Source of the DNA: an uncultured Gemmatimonadaceae bacterium
GTDB taxonomy: Bacteria > Gemmatimonadota > Gemmatimonadetes > Gemmatimonadales > Gemmatimonadaceae
Direction: 5' to 3'
Length of the DNA stretch: 64,000 nt
Assembly: GCA_963781585.1 (NCBI GenBank)
Contig: CAWAGQ010000007.1
Coordinates: 224,001-288,000, forward strand
Below are positions 19,589 to 29,695 of the stretch, one piece after another. A model generated the notes under the pieces. It was given only the letters and a program-made list of their open reading frames with translations. It was not told where the DNA came from and made no database searches. Position 1 is the first letter of the stretch. Every line of letters starts with the position of its first letter. A program made the translations under genes and the position numbers.

Positions 19589-19750
19589 GATCTGAACCGA
19601 CCCCTCCCCTGGATCGCCGGTGACGACTGGCAGGGTCGGGTGTTCGTAGGGTGTTTCGCGAAGGTCGCGTTCCTCCACAAGCCCTTCACCACGGAGCGAC
19701 TGCTACGGGCCGTGCGTACCGCACTCGACGGGCAACGACACACGCCGTGA
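19589..19750 (+). pseudogene. Remnant of a response-regulator receiver domain C-terminus
   Basis: Frame reads ...KVAFLHKPFTTERLLRAVRTALDG..stop; no N-terminal receiver half. Confidence 0.55.
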
Positions 19751-19822
19751 CGCCGAAGGCGCAGTGACCGTCCGGGAAAGGCGTTCATCCGCCCACGCCT
19801 TTCTCACGCGACAGGAGTCAAA

Positions 19823-20368
19823 ATGCCGACATTGCCGTGTTTGAGCCACGCGAAACGCTGGCTGCGCTGGCTGGCCCCGGTCGCGATCATCGCCTGCAAG
19901 TCGGACAGCGGCCAGAACCCGGACCCCGGCGTCACCAGCTTCTCCGGCAACTACGACTGGACCTGCGTAGACGGTGTGACGTGCCAGGATGTGTACGACC
20001 TGGACCTGACCGCGGGCTCGGTGCTGACGATACGGGTGAGCAATGTGAGCATCGGGTCGGTGTCCCAACTGGCACTGTACGGGCCAGGTGTGGCGCTGGG
20101 AGGGATGAATCTGCTCACCGGAGACACCAACGAGCTGCGCTGCACGGACATTCACGATTGCTCCGCATACACGGCGGGCGAGCATGTCGACGCGTTCAGT
20201 GCAAACCAGAGCGGCACGTACCGGTTGGCGGTGACGCGAGACTGGGGCGCCAGCTGCGGAGGGGCTGGCACCTATCGCCTGGACGTGGAATCGACGCAGG
20301 CCTTCCACGTCCGTGGCCAGACTGTGAACGACCAGCCGTCAAACGCAACCGGATACGTCTGCCGCTGA
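19823..20368 (+). CDS. Cys-rich lipoprotein, PPC-like beta domain
   Basis: AGGAG RBS; lipobox IIAC; DVYDLDLTAG..SGTYRLAV pattern. Confidence 0.65.
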   Translation: MPTLPCLSHAKRWLRWLAPVAIIACKSDSGQNPDPGVTSFSGNYDWTCVDGVTCQDVYDLDLTAGSVLTIRVSNVSIGSVSQLALYGPGVALGGMNLLTGDTNELRCTDIHDCSAYTAGEHVDAFSANQSGTYRLAVTRDWGASCGGAGTYRLDVESTQAFHVRGQTVNDQPSNATGYVCR

Positions 20369-20437
20369 TGGGGTGAGGACCCCACCCCGTACGCCGACCG
20401 CAGTACTGCCCGGGGACGCGAACCGATCCGCTCGCTG

Positions 20438-20737
20438 CTACGCAGCGACGGTTCCGTCTGCCTCGGGCTTTGGGGTGGAGACACCGGGCGGCCGTCCGCG
20501 CTGGTGTCGTGCCGCCGCCGGTTCAGCAAGCCGCGCGAGCCGGTTGGTATAGAAGCTCAGCACGCGCGAGCGAACTGACGCTTTCGTGTCGTTCGACGCG
20601 GCCCGGAACGGCGCATACCACTGCTGATCACCAGACACCTCGAACCACCACCACGAATCGGGCACCGCCCCCGCGGGGACGCGGACCTGGCAACGGTAGG
20701 TCCGTCCGCCCTCCGCAAACTCGAAAGCTTCAATCAA
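20438..20737 (-). CDS. Hypothetical protein
   Basis: 99 aa, globular-looking (WWWFEVSGD..YAPFRA), TTG start. Confidence 0.55.
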   Translation of the reverse strand: MIEAFEFAEGGRTYRCQVRVPAGAVPDSWWWFEVSGDQQWYAPFRAASNDTKASVRSRVLSFYTNRLARLAEPAAARHQRGRPPGVSTPKPEADGTVAA

Positions 20738-20970
20738 TTAGCGCTCCGGCAACGTGAGCCGAAATCTAACCAAATGCAGGCCATGGTCATAGGCTTGGGG
20801 CAGGCCAAAGGCCAAAGGTCATGGGCCGAAGGCTGCAAATTCCGCTCCTTCGCCCAGCGTGGTATCATCCATCTCCACGCATCAGTACGGAACCGGGCCA
20901 CGCTCCCGGCCTGGACAGCCGCGCGTCCTGGTGTTTTTCCGGGGAGCCTGCCTGCCTTGCGGAGACTGCC

Positions 20971-22707
20971 ATGATGTTTCGGCTCACTCGGCGCCTCACA
21001 GGCGCCACGGTCGTAACGCTGGTCCTGTCCGGCTGTTCCGGCACCGGGACCCGGGCCGATCTCGTGCTGCTCCATGGCACAGTCGTCACCGTCGATTCCA
21101 CCCACCCCGACGCGCAGGCGCTGGCCGTGCGCGGTGACACCATCGTCGCCGTGGGGACGGACGCCGAGATCCAGCGATACGTGGGGAGCCAGACTCGCGT
21201 CATCGACTTGCACGGCGCCACCGCTGTGCCCGGATTCAACGAAGCGCATGGGCACTTCATGGGACTCGGCGAATCCAAGATGCAGCTGGATCTCACCAAG
21301 GCCACGAGTTGGGACGACATCGTCCAGATGGTAGCGGCGGCCGCGAAGGCCGCGAAGCCGGGCACATGGATCCAGGGGCGCGGCTGGCACCAGGAGAAGT
21401 GGGACAAGCCTCCCCAGCCGAACGTCGAGGGACTGCCGCTGGGCGACAAGCTCGCGGCTGCGTCGCCGAACAACCCCGTGATTCTCACGCACGCCAGTGG
21501 CCACGCCATCTTCGTGAATCGCAAGGCGCTTGAGCTCGCCGGTATTGGTGCAGCGACGAAGAGTCCGCCGGGTGGCGAGATCGTACGTGACCACCAGAGC
21601 CGCGCGATCGGCATGCTGCGCGACCGGGCAATGGGACTGGTGACCCGCGTACTCGCCCAGGCGCTGTCAAGTCGCACGCCTGAGGAAGTGCGCGCGCATG
21701 ACGAGAAGGCGGTCGAACTCGCCGCGCAGGATGCGCTGACCAAGGGGATCACCACGTTCCAGGATCAGGGCGAGTCGTTCCGCACCATCGCGTTCCTGAA
21801 GGACCTGGCTGCCAATGGCAAGATGCCCATCCGGCTGTATGCCATGGTGCGCGGAGAGCCCGCCGACAGCATGGCCGCGCATCTCGCCGAATTCCGCACG
21901 ACTGACTTCGCCAACGACCATTTCGTGGTCCGCGCCATCGGGGAAGTGTCGATGGACGGCGCCCTGGGCACGCACAGCGCGTGGTTCCTGAAACCGTTCA
22001 CGGACCTGCCTTCGAGCACCGGATTGAGCGTCGTCACGCCTGACGAGTTGCGGCAGATCACCGAGCTGGCCGTGAAGTACGATTATCAGGTCGCCGCGCA
22101 TGCCATCGGCGATCGCGCGAATCGCGAGACCCTCGACGTGTACGAAGCAGCGTTCAAGGCGCATCCCGAACTGAAGGATGGCCGGTGGCGGATCGAACAT
22201 GCGCAGCACCTCGACCCCGCAGATATCCCGCGCTTTGGACAGCTCGGCGTCATCGCGTCCATGCAGGGCATTCACGCCTGCTCCGACGGCCCCTATGTGG
22301 TGAAGCGCCTGGGCGAGCAGCGCGCAAAGGACGGCGCCTACGTGTGGCGCAGTCTGCTTTCATCCGGCGCGGTGATTGCGAACGGCACCGACGTTCCGGT
22401 GGAAGACGAAGACCCGATTCCGAACTTCCATTGCTCGGTCACTCGCCAGCTCAAGGACGGCTCGCTGTTCTATCCCGACCAGAAGATGACGCGCCCAGAG
22501 GCGCTCAAGTCGTACACGCTCAACGCCGCGTACGCGATGTTCCAGGAAGACCGCCTCGGTTCGTTGAAGCCTGGGAAGCTGGCTGACATCACCGTGCTCG
22601 ACCGGAATATCATGACGGTGCCTGATGACCAGATCCTCGGAACAAGGGTGCTTTACACCATCGTCGGCGGCACGGTCGCGTACGAGCAGGGCGAGAACAA
22701 GAACTAG
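20971..22707 (+). CDS. YtcJ-like amidohydrolase (lipoprotein)
   Basis: Lipobox LSGC; PGFNEAHGH, DGALG, HAIGDRAN, RIEHAQ, GTDVPV, GKLAD. Confidence 0.9.
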   Translation: MMFRLTRRLTGATVVTLVLSGCSGTGTRADLVLLHGTVVTVDSTHPDAQALAVRGDTIVAVGTDAEIQRYVGSQTRVIDLHGATAVPGFNEAHGHFMGLGESKMQLDLTKATSWDDIVQMVAAAAKAAKPGTWIQGRGWHQEKWDKPPQPNVEGLPLGDKLAAASPNNPVILTHASGHAIFVNRKALELAGIGAATKSPPGGEIVRDHQSRAIGMLRDRAMGLVTRVLAQALSSRTPEEVRAHDEKAVELAAQDALTKGITTFQDQGESFRTIAFLKDLAANGKMPIRLYAMVRGEPADSMAAHLAEFRTTDFANDHFVVRAIGEVSMDGALGTHSAWFLKPFTDLPSSTGLSVVTPDELRQITELAVKYDYQVAAHAIGDRANRETLDVYEAAFKAHPELKDGRWRIEHAQHLDPADIPRFGQLGVIASMQGIHACSDGPYVVKRLGEQRAKDGAYVWRSLLSSGAVIANGTDVPVEDEDPIPNFHCSVTRQLKDGSLFYPDQKMTRPEALKSYTLNAAYAMFQEDRLGSLKPGKLADITVLDRNIMTVPDDQILGTRVLYTIVGGTVAYEQGENKN

Positions 22708-22996
22708 CGGCGCACCATGGAGCTCCTGAGGGAGTTCCAATAATCGCGGCTTGCCGACCGGACGCCTCCGGGCCGGCAACGAATTTCCGGTAATCCCCAT
22801 CACACCGCCGACCCCGGCCCGCAGCGCCCGGGGGGAACCTCGGCACGGTGGCAAAGGCGGTCGACCGGCTGGTCCCCGTCGGAGTCGGGTGGGGGCGTCT
22901 CAAGACCTGACGTGTGAGGCCGATACTCTCAGGGCAGGCTCCGCCGTTCCACGCGCGGCGCGGGCGACGGCCCTCCATCATGAGTACCGGGTCCTC

Positions 22997-25690
22997 ATGC
23001 ATTCCGTATCGACACGTCTCCGCTGGCGACTCCTGCTCATCGCACTTCTCGCGGTAGTGCCGGCACTCGTCGCGATCGTCTATCTCCGGTCGGTCGAGCG
23101 TGCGCGCATCCGGGAGAGCGTATTTGCCGACAACCTGCGTTTGGCGCGCCTCGCCGCGAGCGAGCAGGCCAGCGTCTTCGACGGCGCCGGCCGCCTCCTT
23201 GAGACGCTCGGTGCCATTCCCGCTCTCCTGGCGGATGATCGACCCGGCTGTGACGCGATCCTGACCAACGTCCTGCGCGGCCACGCGGACTTCGTGAACC
23301 TCACCATGGCCAGCCGGGACGGGGAATTGCTTTGCGCCGCGGCCCCACTCGATCCGCGACTCCTGCGTTCGGAGGAGGCACGCGCCTGGTACCAGCGCGC
23401 GCTGGCGACCCGGTCCGCCGTGCTGGGAGAGCCTCAACTGAGCGCCACCACGGGCAGGGAGGCGATCATTGTCGCGCTCCCGCTGCTCGACGCGGACGGC
23501 GCTGTGGACCGCATCGTCGCGGCGACCATTTCGCTCGATCAGCTCAATCGCACGGCGTCGCAGGTGCAGCTCCCGGCGGGCGCGACCCTCACGCTGTTCG
23601 ACCGGTCGATGAGGATCCTCGCCAGATGGCCCGACGGGAGGTCGTGGACCGGCAAACTCGTGCCCGACTCCGCGGTACAGCGGCGGCTCGCGGCCGGTGC
23701 GCCCGAAGACGTGCGCGAAGCGACCGGCGTCGACGGCGTGCTTCGTCTGTACACGACGGTTCCGGTTGTCACCAGCTTCGACGCCGGCCTCTACCTCGGC
23801 ATCGGTGTGGACGACGCCACCGCGTTTGCAGCAAGCCGCGGAATCCTCCGGCAATATCTCGAGCTGCTCGCCATCGTATTGCTTGCTGGTGTCGGCGCCG
23901 CGGCGATCGGAGGGCAGACATTCGTGGTGGGGCCTGCCAAGGTCCTGAAAGACGTCGCCAACCGGCTCGCTGCCGGCGACCTGAGCGCGCGGGCGCAGCT
24001 TGCGGGCGGTGTGGGCGGAATCAGCGAACTCGCCGAGTCGGTGAATGCGATGGCGGCGGCGCTCGACGAGCACCAGCGTGAGCGCGATCAGGCCGAGGCG
24101 ACGTTGCGTGACGCGGAAGAGCGCCTGCGCTTCGCGCTGAACGCGTCGGGGATGGGGGTGTGGGAAGCGAATCTCCAGAAGGACGAGGTCCACTGGTCCG
24201 AGACGTGTGAGTCGATGCACGGACTTGCGCCCGGCACGTTCGGCGGGACCCTCCAGTCATATCTCGATCTCATCCTGCCCGACGACCGGGAGGCGGCTGA
24301 GCAGGCCATCAGCCAGGCGATCGCGTCGCACAGCGCCGCGGATCTCGAGTATCGGACGGTCTGGCCCGACGGCAGTATCCACCGTATCAGCACGACCAGT
24401 CGTTTCTTCTATGACGCCGACGGAGTCCCGGTGCGCGGCGCCGGCGTCTCGATCGACGTCACCGAGCGTCGACTCCTCGAGGAACAGCTCCGGCAATCGC
24501 TGAAGATGGAGGCAGTCGGGCAGCTCGCGGGAGGCGTGGCGCATGACTTCAACAACCTCCTGACCATCATCACCGGCAACACGGAGCTGGCGCTGGCGGC
24601 GTTGCCGGCGGAGGGCGAGGTGCGCGAAGACCTCGAGCACGCGCAAGCGGCCGCGGATCGCGCGGCCCAGCTCACCAGGCAGCTCCTGGCCTTCAGCCGC
24701 AAGCAGGTACTGCGGGTGGAGCCGGTGCACGTGAACGGCCTGGTGGAGGAGATCGCGCCGATGCTGCGGCGCCTCATCGGTGAAGACATTTCGATGGAGT
24801 TTCTCAGCGATGGATCCGACGCCGTGACGGTTGCCGATCACTCGCAACTCGAGCAGGCGCTCATCAACCTCGCAGTCAACGCGCGCGATGCCATGCCGAG
24901 TGGTGGATCGCTCCGGATCGTCACGGAGATCGTCGAGCTCGATGGGGCGACCGTTTCGCGGAAAGGGTACGATGTCGAGTCGGGGTCATTTGTGAAGCTG
25001 ACCGTAGCCGACACCGGGATCGGGATGAGCCACGAAGTCCTGGAGCGGGCCTTCGAGCCGTTCTTCACCACGAAGGCCGTTGGGAAGGGGACGGGTCTTG
25101 GTCTTCCGTCGGCGTACGGGACGGTGAAGCAGTTTGGTGGGCACATCGGCATCGAGAGCGCGCGCGGCCGCGGCACCACGGTCACGATCCTGCTGCCCTG
25201 CGTGTCGAACGACCAGTCTCCCGCGCAGGCTGGTGTCCCGGGGGCGAGCAGTGCCACTGTGTCAGGGTCGGCAACCGTTCTGGTGGTCGAGGACGAGGAA
25301 TCGGTGAGGCAACTGGCGGGTCGCATGCTGTCCCGGGCGGGGTTCACGGTGTTGCACGCAGCCAATGGTGAAGAGGCTCTGGAGCGCACACGGTCATATT
25401 CCGGGGAGATCCACCTGGTGCTGAGCGACGTGGTGATGCCGGGCATGTCGGCCGCGAAGCTGATTGCCGAAATCCGATCCGAGCGTCCTCGTATCGCGAC
25501 GTTGCTGATGTCCGGCTACCCCAACGACGAGATCCTGCGCAAGGGTATTCGGCGCCAGGATTTCTCGTTGATCGAGAAGCCTTTCACGGGTGAGGCGCTG
25601 GTGGAGAAGGTGCGGCAGGCGCTGCGCGAACACGGCCTCCGGCAGCGGGACTGGTCACTCATGCGGCCGATGGCAGCGGAAGTGGCGTAG
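22997..25690 (+). CDS. Hybrid sensor histidine kinase (Cache-HAMP-PAS-HK-REC)
   Basis: Two TMs; AGGVAHDFNNLL H-box, NARDAM, FFTTK..GTGLGL; receiver VEDE..DVVMPG..KPF. Confidence 0.93.
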   Translation: MHSVSTRLRWRLLLIALLAVVPALVAIVYLRSVERARIRESVFADNLRLARLAASEQASVFDGAGRLLETLGAIPALLADDRPGCDAILTNVLRGHADFVNLTMASRDGELLCAAAPLDPRLLRSEEARAWYQRALATRSAVLGEPQLSATTGREAIIVALPLLDADGAVDRIVAATISLDQLNRTASQVQLPAGATLTLFDRSMRILARWPDGRSWTGKLVPDSAVQRRLAAGAPEDVREATGVDGVLRLYTTVPVVTSFDAGLYLGIGVDDATAFAASRGILRQYLELLAIVLLAGVGAAAIGGQTFVVGPAKVLKDVANRLAAGDLSARAQLAGGVGGISELAESVNAMAAALDEHQRERDQAEATLRDAEERLRFALNASGMGVWEANLQKDEVHWSETCESMHGLAPGTFGGTLQSYLDLILPDDREAAEQAISQAIASHSAADLEYRTVWPDGSIHRISTTSRFFYDADGVPVRGAGVSIDVTERRLLEEQLRQSLKMEAVGQLAGGVAHDFNNLLTIITGNTELALAALPAEGEVREDLEHAQAAADRAAQLTRQLLAFSRKQVLRVEPVHVNGLVEEIAPMLRRLIGEDISMEFLSDGSDAVTVADHSQLEQALINLAVNARDAMPSGGSLRIVTEIVELDGATVSRKGYDVESGSFVKLTVADTGIGMSHEVLERAFEPFFTTKAVGKGTGLGLPSAYGTVKQFGGHIGIESARGRGTTVTILLPCVSNDQSPAQAGVPGASSATVSGSATVLVVEDEESVRQLAGRMLSRAGFTVLHAANGEEALERTRSYSGEIHLVLSDVVMPGMSAAKLIAEIRSERPRIATLLMSGYPNDEILRKGIRRQDFSLIEKPFTGEALVEKVRQALREHGLRQRDWSLMRPMAAEVA

Positions 25691-25733
25691 GTCGCGATCA
25701 GTTCTCAGTCGTCGGCGGGCGTCGCCGGGGCGG

Positions 25734-28238
25734 CTACTCGTAGCGCAGCGCCTGCATCGGATCGACGCGCGAGGCGCGCAGCGCGGGGATCTCGCCTGCC
25801 GCGAACGCGACCACCGCCAGGAACACTGCCGCCATCGCGACCACCAGCGGATCGGTGGACGACAACCCGTACAGCAGCGACCGCGCCACGCGTGCCAGGG
25901 CGAATGCCGCCCCAATGCCCACCACTCCGCCGATCACGGTCATCACCGCCACCTGACGCAGTACCATCCGTCGGACCCGGCGCCCATCGGCGCCTAACGC
26001 CATGCGGACGCCGATCTCCCGCGTCCGCTGCGCCACCGTGTAGGCCAGCACGCCGTAGAGCCCCACCGCCGCCAGGATCGTGGCCAGCACCGCAAACGCG
26101 CTGGAGAGGGTTCCGATCATCCGGTCGAGAAAGACGTTGTCCTGAACCTGCTGGGGCATCGTCTTGAGTTCCTCCACCGGCAGGTTCGGATCGAGCCGGG
26201 ACACCACGCCGGGCACGGTGCGCAGCAGCAACGCCGGATCCTGCGAGGTCCGCACGTAGAACTGGAGGTACCCGAGATCGTCATCCTGACGGTACGGCCG
26301 GAAGAACAGCGGCGGCACGTCCTGTTTCACGTCGGAGTACTTGGCGTCCTTCATCAACCCGACGATCTCGGTGTCGAGCTCGCGGTTCGGGCCACCGCCG
26401 GTGGCCAGGTGCTTGCCCACCGCGTCGGCGCCGAGGTGGAACTTCTTCGCGAACGCCTCGTTGACAATGGCGACCTTGGGCGATCCGGACACATCGGCCC
26501 GGGTGAATTCCCGCCCCGCGAGCAGGGGGATGCCGAGGGTCGTCAGGTATCCCGGACCGACCTCGTTGAACCGCGAGTTGGAGTCGATGTCAGGGCCGGA
26601 CTGGAATCCTTCCACCGAGACGTCGTTCCCCCAGTTGCTGCCGGCCAGCAGCGCCACCAGCCCACCGCTCACGCCGGTCACCCCGGGGAGCGCGGTGAGC
26701 TCGTCCTCCAGACGGGTGAACAGCACTCGCGAGCGCGCCGGATCGTAGCCGTTGAGCGCTGGTGAAATGCCGAAGGTGAGCACGTGGTCCACCTTCACGC
26801 CGAGATCCACGCGACTCACGTTGAGCAGGCTGCGAACGAACAGCCCGGCCACCACCAGCAGCGTCATCGACAGGGCGATCTGCGCGGTGACCAGTGAACT
26901 GCGAAACCGCGCGGCGGAGCGCGCCCCCGACATCTGGCCGGCATTGGCCCGGATGGTCGACACCAGGTCGGGTCGCGTGCTGTGCAGTGCCGGGAAGAGC
27001 CCGAACAGCATACCGGTGCCTAACGAGAGCAGGCCGGCGAACAGAACGGCCGAGGAGTCCATATGGAACTGCAGCGTGGTCGCGACCTGGGCCGGCAGCA
27101 GCGACATCACCAGTCCAAGCGTCCACTTCGCCATCACCAGGCTCACCACGCCGCCCAGCACCGCCAGCAGCATGGACTCGGTCACCAGCTGCGAGAGCAA
27201 TTGCCGGCGTCCGGCCCCCAGCGACAGGCGCACCGCCATCTCCATCGACCGGTTCGCCCCCCGGGCCATCAGCAGATTGGCGATGTTGGCGCAGGCGATC
27301 AGCAGCACGATGCCGGTGATCGAGAACAGGAAGACCAGCGGCGTACGTGCCTCGTGGTGCACCGAACTCTGGCCCCGCCGCCCATCCGACAGCGCGACCT
27401 CCTTCGCCTTGAAGCGCGCCATCGTCTGGTCGCTCATTCCCTTCTGAAGCGGCGACTCGACGTCGTTGATGATCGGGTGGTAGATCCGGTTGATCCCGGC
27501 CTGGGCCTGCTCGATCGACACGCCCGGCTTCAGTCGCGCGAACAGATACACCCAGTAGCTGCGACGATTCTCGAATCCCTGCCAGGTGGGCATCAGGACC
27601 TGGCGCATCGTGATCGGCACGAACACGTCCGGCTCCGCACCCAGCGTCGTACCCGTGAAGCCGGGTGGGGCCACGCCGATGATCGTGAACGACTGCCCGT
27701 TCACCACCAGCGTCTTGTTCAGGACCGAGGAGTCGGCGCCAAGCTTCGTCTCCCAGTACGGATAGCTCAGGACCGTCACGAAATGTCCACCGATGTTCCT
27801 GTCGTCATCGACCGTGATCAGCCGTCCCAACGCCGGGAGAAGGCCGAGGACCGGGAAATACGACCCCGACACCATCACGCCCTCGGCGTTCAATGTCTGA
27901 CCGTTGTAGGCCAGGTTGGCGCCGAACAGGCGATGTGCCGCGAGGCCGGTAAAGGGGCTTTGCGACGCGCGCTCGAGGTCGCGGAACATCGGATAGCTGA
28001 ACACCGTGTTGCAGTCGCCGGCCTGGCTGCACGACTGCGACCCGGGGTTCGGACCCGGCGCCGCGAGGTTGACCAGCCGCTCGGGCTCGCGAACCGGCAG
28101 GGGACGGAGCAGGATCTGGTTGAACATCGAGAAGATGGCGGCATTGGCCCCGATACCAAGCGCCAGCGAGAGCACGGCCACGCCGGTGACGAACGGCGTT
28201 CTGAACAGCGTTCGGAGTGCGAGCCGTGGATTCACCAT
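25734..28238 (-). CDS. Duplicated orphan ABC permease (MacB/FtsX x2, ADOP family)
   Basis: LALGIGANAAIFS, LLIACANIANL, QRTREIGVRMALGA, RASRVDPMQALRYE. Confidence 0.92.
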   Translation of the reverse strand: MVNPRLALRTLFRTPFVTGVAVLSLALGIGANAAIFSMFNQILLRPLPVREPERLVNLAAPGPNPGSQSCSQAGDCNTVFSYPMFRDLERASQSPFTGLAAHRLFGANLAYNGQTLNAEGVMVSGSYFPVLGLLPALGRLITVDDDRNIGGHFVTVLSYPYWETKLGADSSVLNKTLVVNGQSFTIIGVAPPGFTGTTLGAEPDVFVPITMRQVLMPTWQGFENRRSYWVYLFARLKPGVSIEQAQAGINRIYHPIINDVESPLQKGMSDQTMARFKAKEVALSDGRRGQSSVHHEARTPLVFLFSITGIVLLIACANIANLLMARGANRSMEMAVRLSLGAGRRQLLSQLVTESMLLAVLGGVVSLVMAKWTLGLVMSLLPAQVATTLQFHMDSSAVLFAGLLSLGTGMLFGLFPALHSTRPDLVSTIRANAGQMSGARSAARFRSSLVTAQIALSMTLLVVAGLFVRSLLNVSRVDLGVKVDHVLTFGISPALNGYDPARSRVLFTRLEDELTALPGVTGVSGGLVALLAGSNWGNDVSVEGFQSGPDIDSNSRFNEVGPGYLTTLGIPLLAGREFTRADVSGSPKVAIVNEAFAKKFHLGADAVGKHLATGGGPNRELDTEIVGLMKDAKYSDVKQDVPPLFFRPYRQDDDLGYLQFYVRTSQDPALLLRTVPGVVSRLDPNLPVEELKTMPQQVQDNVFLDRMIGTLSSAFAVLATILAAVGLYGVLAYTVAQRTREIGVRMALGADGRRVRRMVLRQVAVMTVIGGVVGIGAAFALARVARSLLYGLSSTDPLVVAMAAVFLAVVAFAAGEIPALRASRVDPMQALRYE

Positions 28239-28614
28239 CGTCAGTTCCCCTTTGCAAGCGGTAGCCGGAGGCAAGTGTCTGCGCCACGCCGGTCATCGCG
28301 GCGGCGACGCCGCAGATCGTGGCAGCAGAGGTCTCGACTCCTCGACGCTGCTCACGACGGTACTTGGACAGGCCGCCGCGACCAATCGTTTGCCTGCGGC
28401 CGATCGCGCGGCGCCAACGAACGCTCTACGGGAGCCGGTGTGCGGAAGGTTTCGTTCCTGGTGGCGCCGGGATGGATCGCGCGCTTGCGGGGCCAGGAGG
28501 ACGCGACGAGTGGCGTGGGGTGCGCTGTTGTGCGCCCGAGGCACAACTCCGATGTGTGCGCGGATCACCCGGGAGGGAGAGTGTGCGCCCTCCCGGGGCT
28601 CCCGCGCGATGCGG

Positions 28615-29442
28615 CTACGGCTTCACAACCCAGAAGCCCGGGTCCTGATCGGTGAAATCCTTGGGCAGATAGCTCATCCGCGGGGCGAACTGCAGGATGA
28701 TGTCCGTGGTCGAGATGACGCCCGCCGACGAGAGCTGGTTGAACATCTTCTGGCGGTCCGCGGTCATGGCCTTCTGCATGGCCGCATCGTCCGGTCCGGG
28801 ATCCAGTTCGGTGAGCGACTTCATCAGCCGGAACACCATGAACGTGGGCCCCGGCATTCCGGACATGACCTGATAGGTGGTCCAGTTCGCGGACGCCTTT
28901 GCATCGGTCACCACGGTCCGATACAGTTTGGCCGCCTGCTCGAAGTCGGTCTCGTGACCCGGACGCACCCGGAATATGATGACAGCGAAGTAGCGACCGT
29001 TGGGCACGGACATGCCGCCGGGCAGACTGAGATCTTCCCGGTAGCGCGCGATGAACGATCGTGTTTCACTCACGTTCTCGGCGTCGGAGTGGTTCAGCAG
29101 CCCGCTTGCCGCCTCGAGCCCGGGTGAATCAGTGACCGCCTTGTCCTGCGCCTCGAGTTCACCCATCGAACCCAGCGGCGTGAAGTACCACGCCTCGTTA
29201 GGCCCGGTTTCGGTCGTGGTGCCGAGCCAGTACACCGGCACGTTGGCCTGGCGGAACGTCTGGGCCCACTGCTGCTCCAGCGCGGTATGGGCGCCGGCCC
29301 GCCCCGCACGGACGGTTTCGATCCCCACCTGAATCACCGGCGGCGGGGCGTTCGGATTCTGCGCGGCGAGGTGGGCCGACGCGCACAGCGACAGCAGGGG
29401 GACCGCGGCCAGCGGCCGCATCCAGCTCATTCCAGGGTGCAT
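28615..29442 (-). CDS. Secreted protein with two NIPSNAP-like/dimeric alpha-beta barrel repeats
   Basis: GGAGG RBS; signal peptide; VRAGRAGAH and VRPGHETDFE half-repeats. Confidence 0.6.
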   Translation of the reverse strand: MHPGMSWMRPLAAVPLLSLCASAHLAAQNPNAPPPVIQVGIETVRAGRAGAHTALEQQWAQTFRQANVPVYWLGTTTETGPNEAWYFTPLGSMGELEAQDKAVTDSPGLEAASGLLNHSDAENVSETRSFIARYREDLSLPGGMSVPNGRYFAVIIFRVRPGHETDFEQAAKLYRTVVTDAKASANWTTYQVMSGMPGPTFMVFRLMKSLTELDPGPDDAAMQKAMTADRQKMFNQLSSAGVISTTDIILQFAPRMSYLPKDFTDQDPGFWVVKP

Positions 29443-29695
29443 CGGAACCTCCAGGGGATGTGGGGAGAAGAAGCGCCCTGAGTGCGACTCCAGGAGCTTG
29501 CCCGAAGCCACTCTCGGCGCGGCCGCCAGAGGGATAGTGCTCGCGCGGCACGCCGTGGCAGCGCCCCGCAGGACGCAGCACTTCGCAAAGGTGCACAATC
29601 CCGAGCCGCGCGCAAGTGCCGCCGCTTGAACCGCACGGTGCGGCGACCGAAGTTCACGCCATCCGCCTCGCCGGATTCCTCGCCACGGGCTGACC

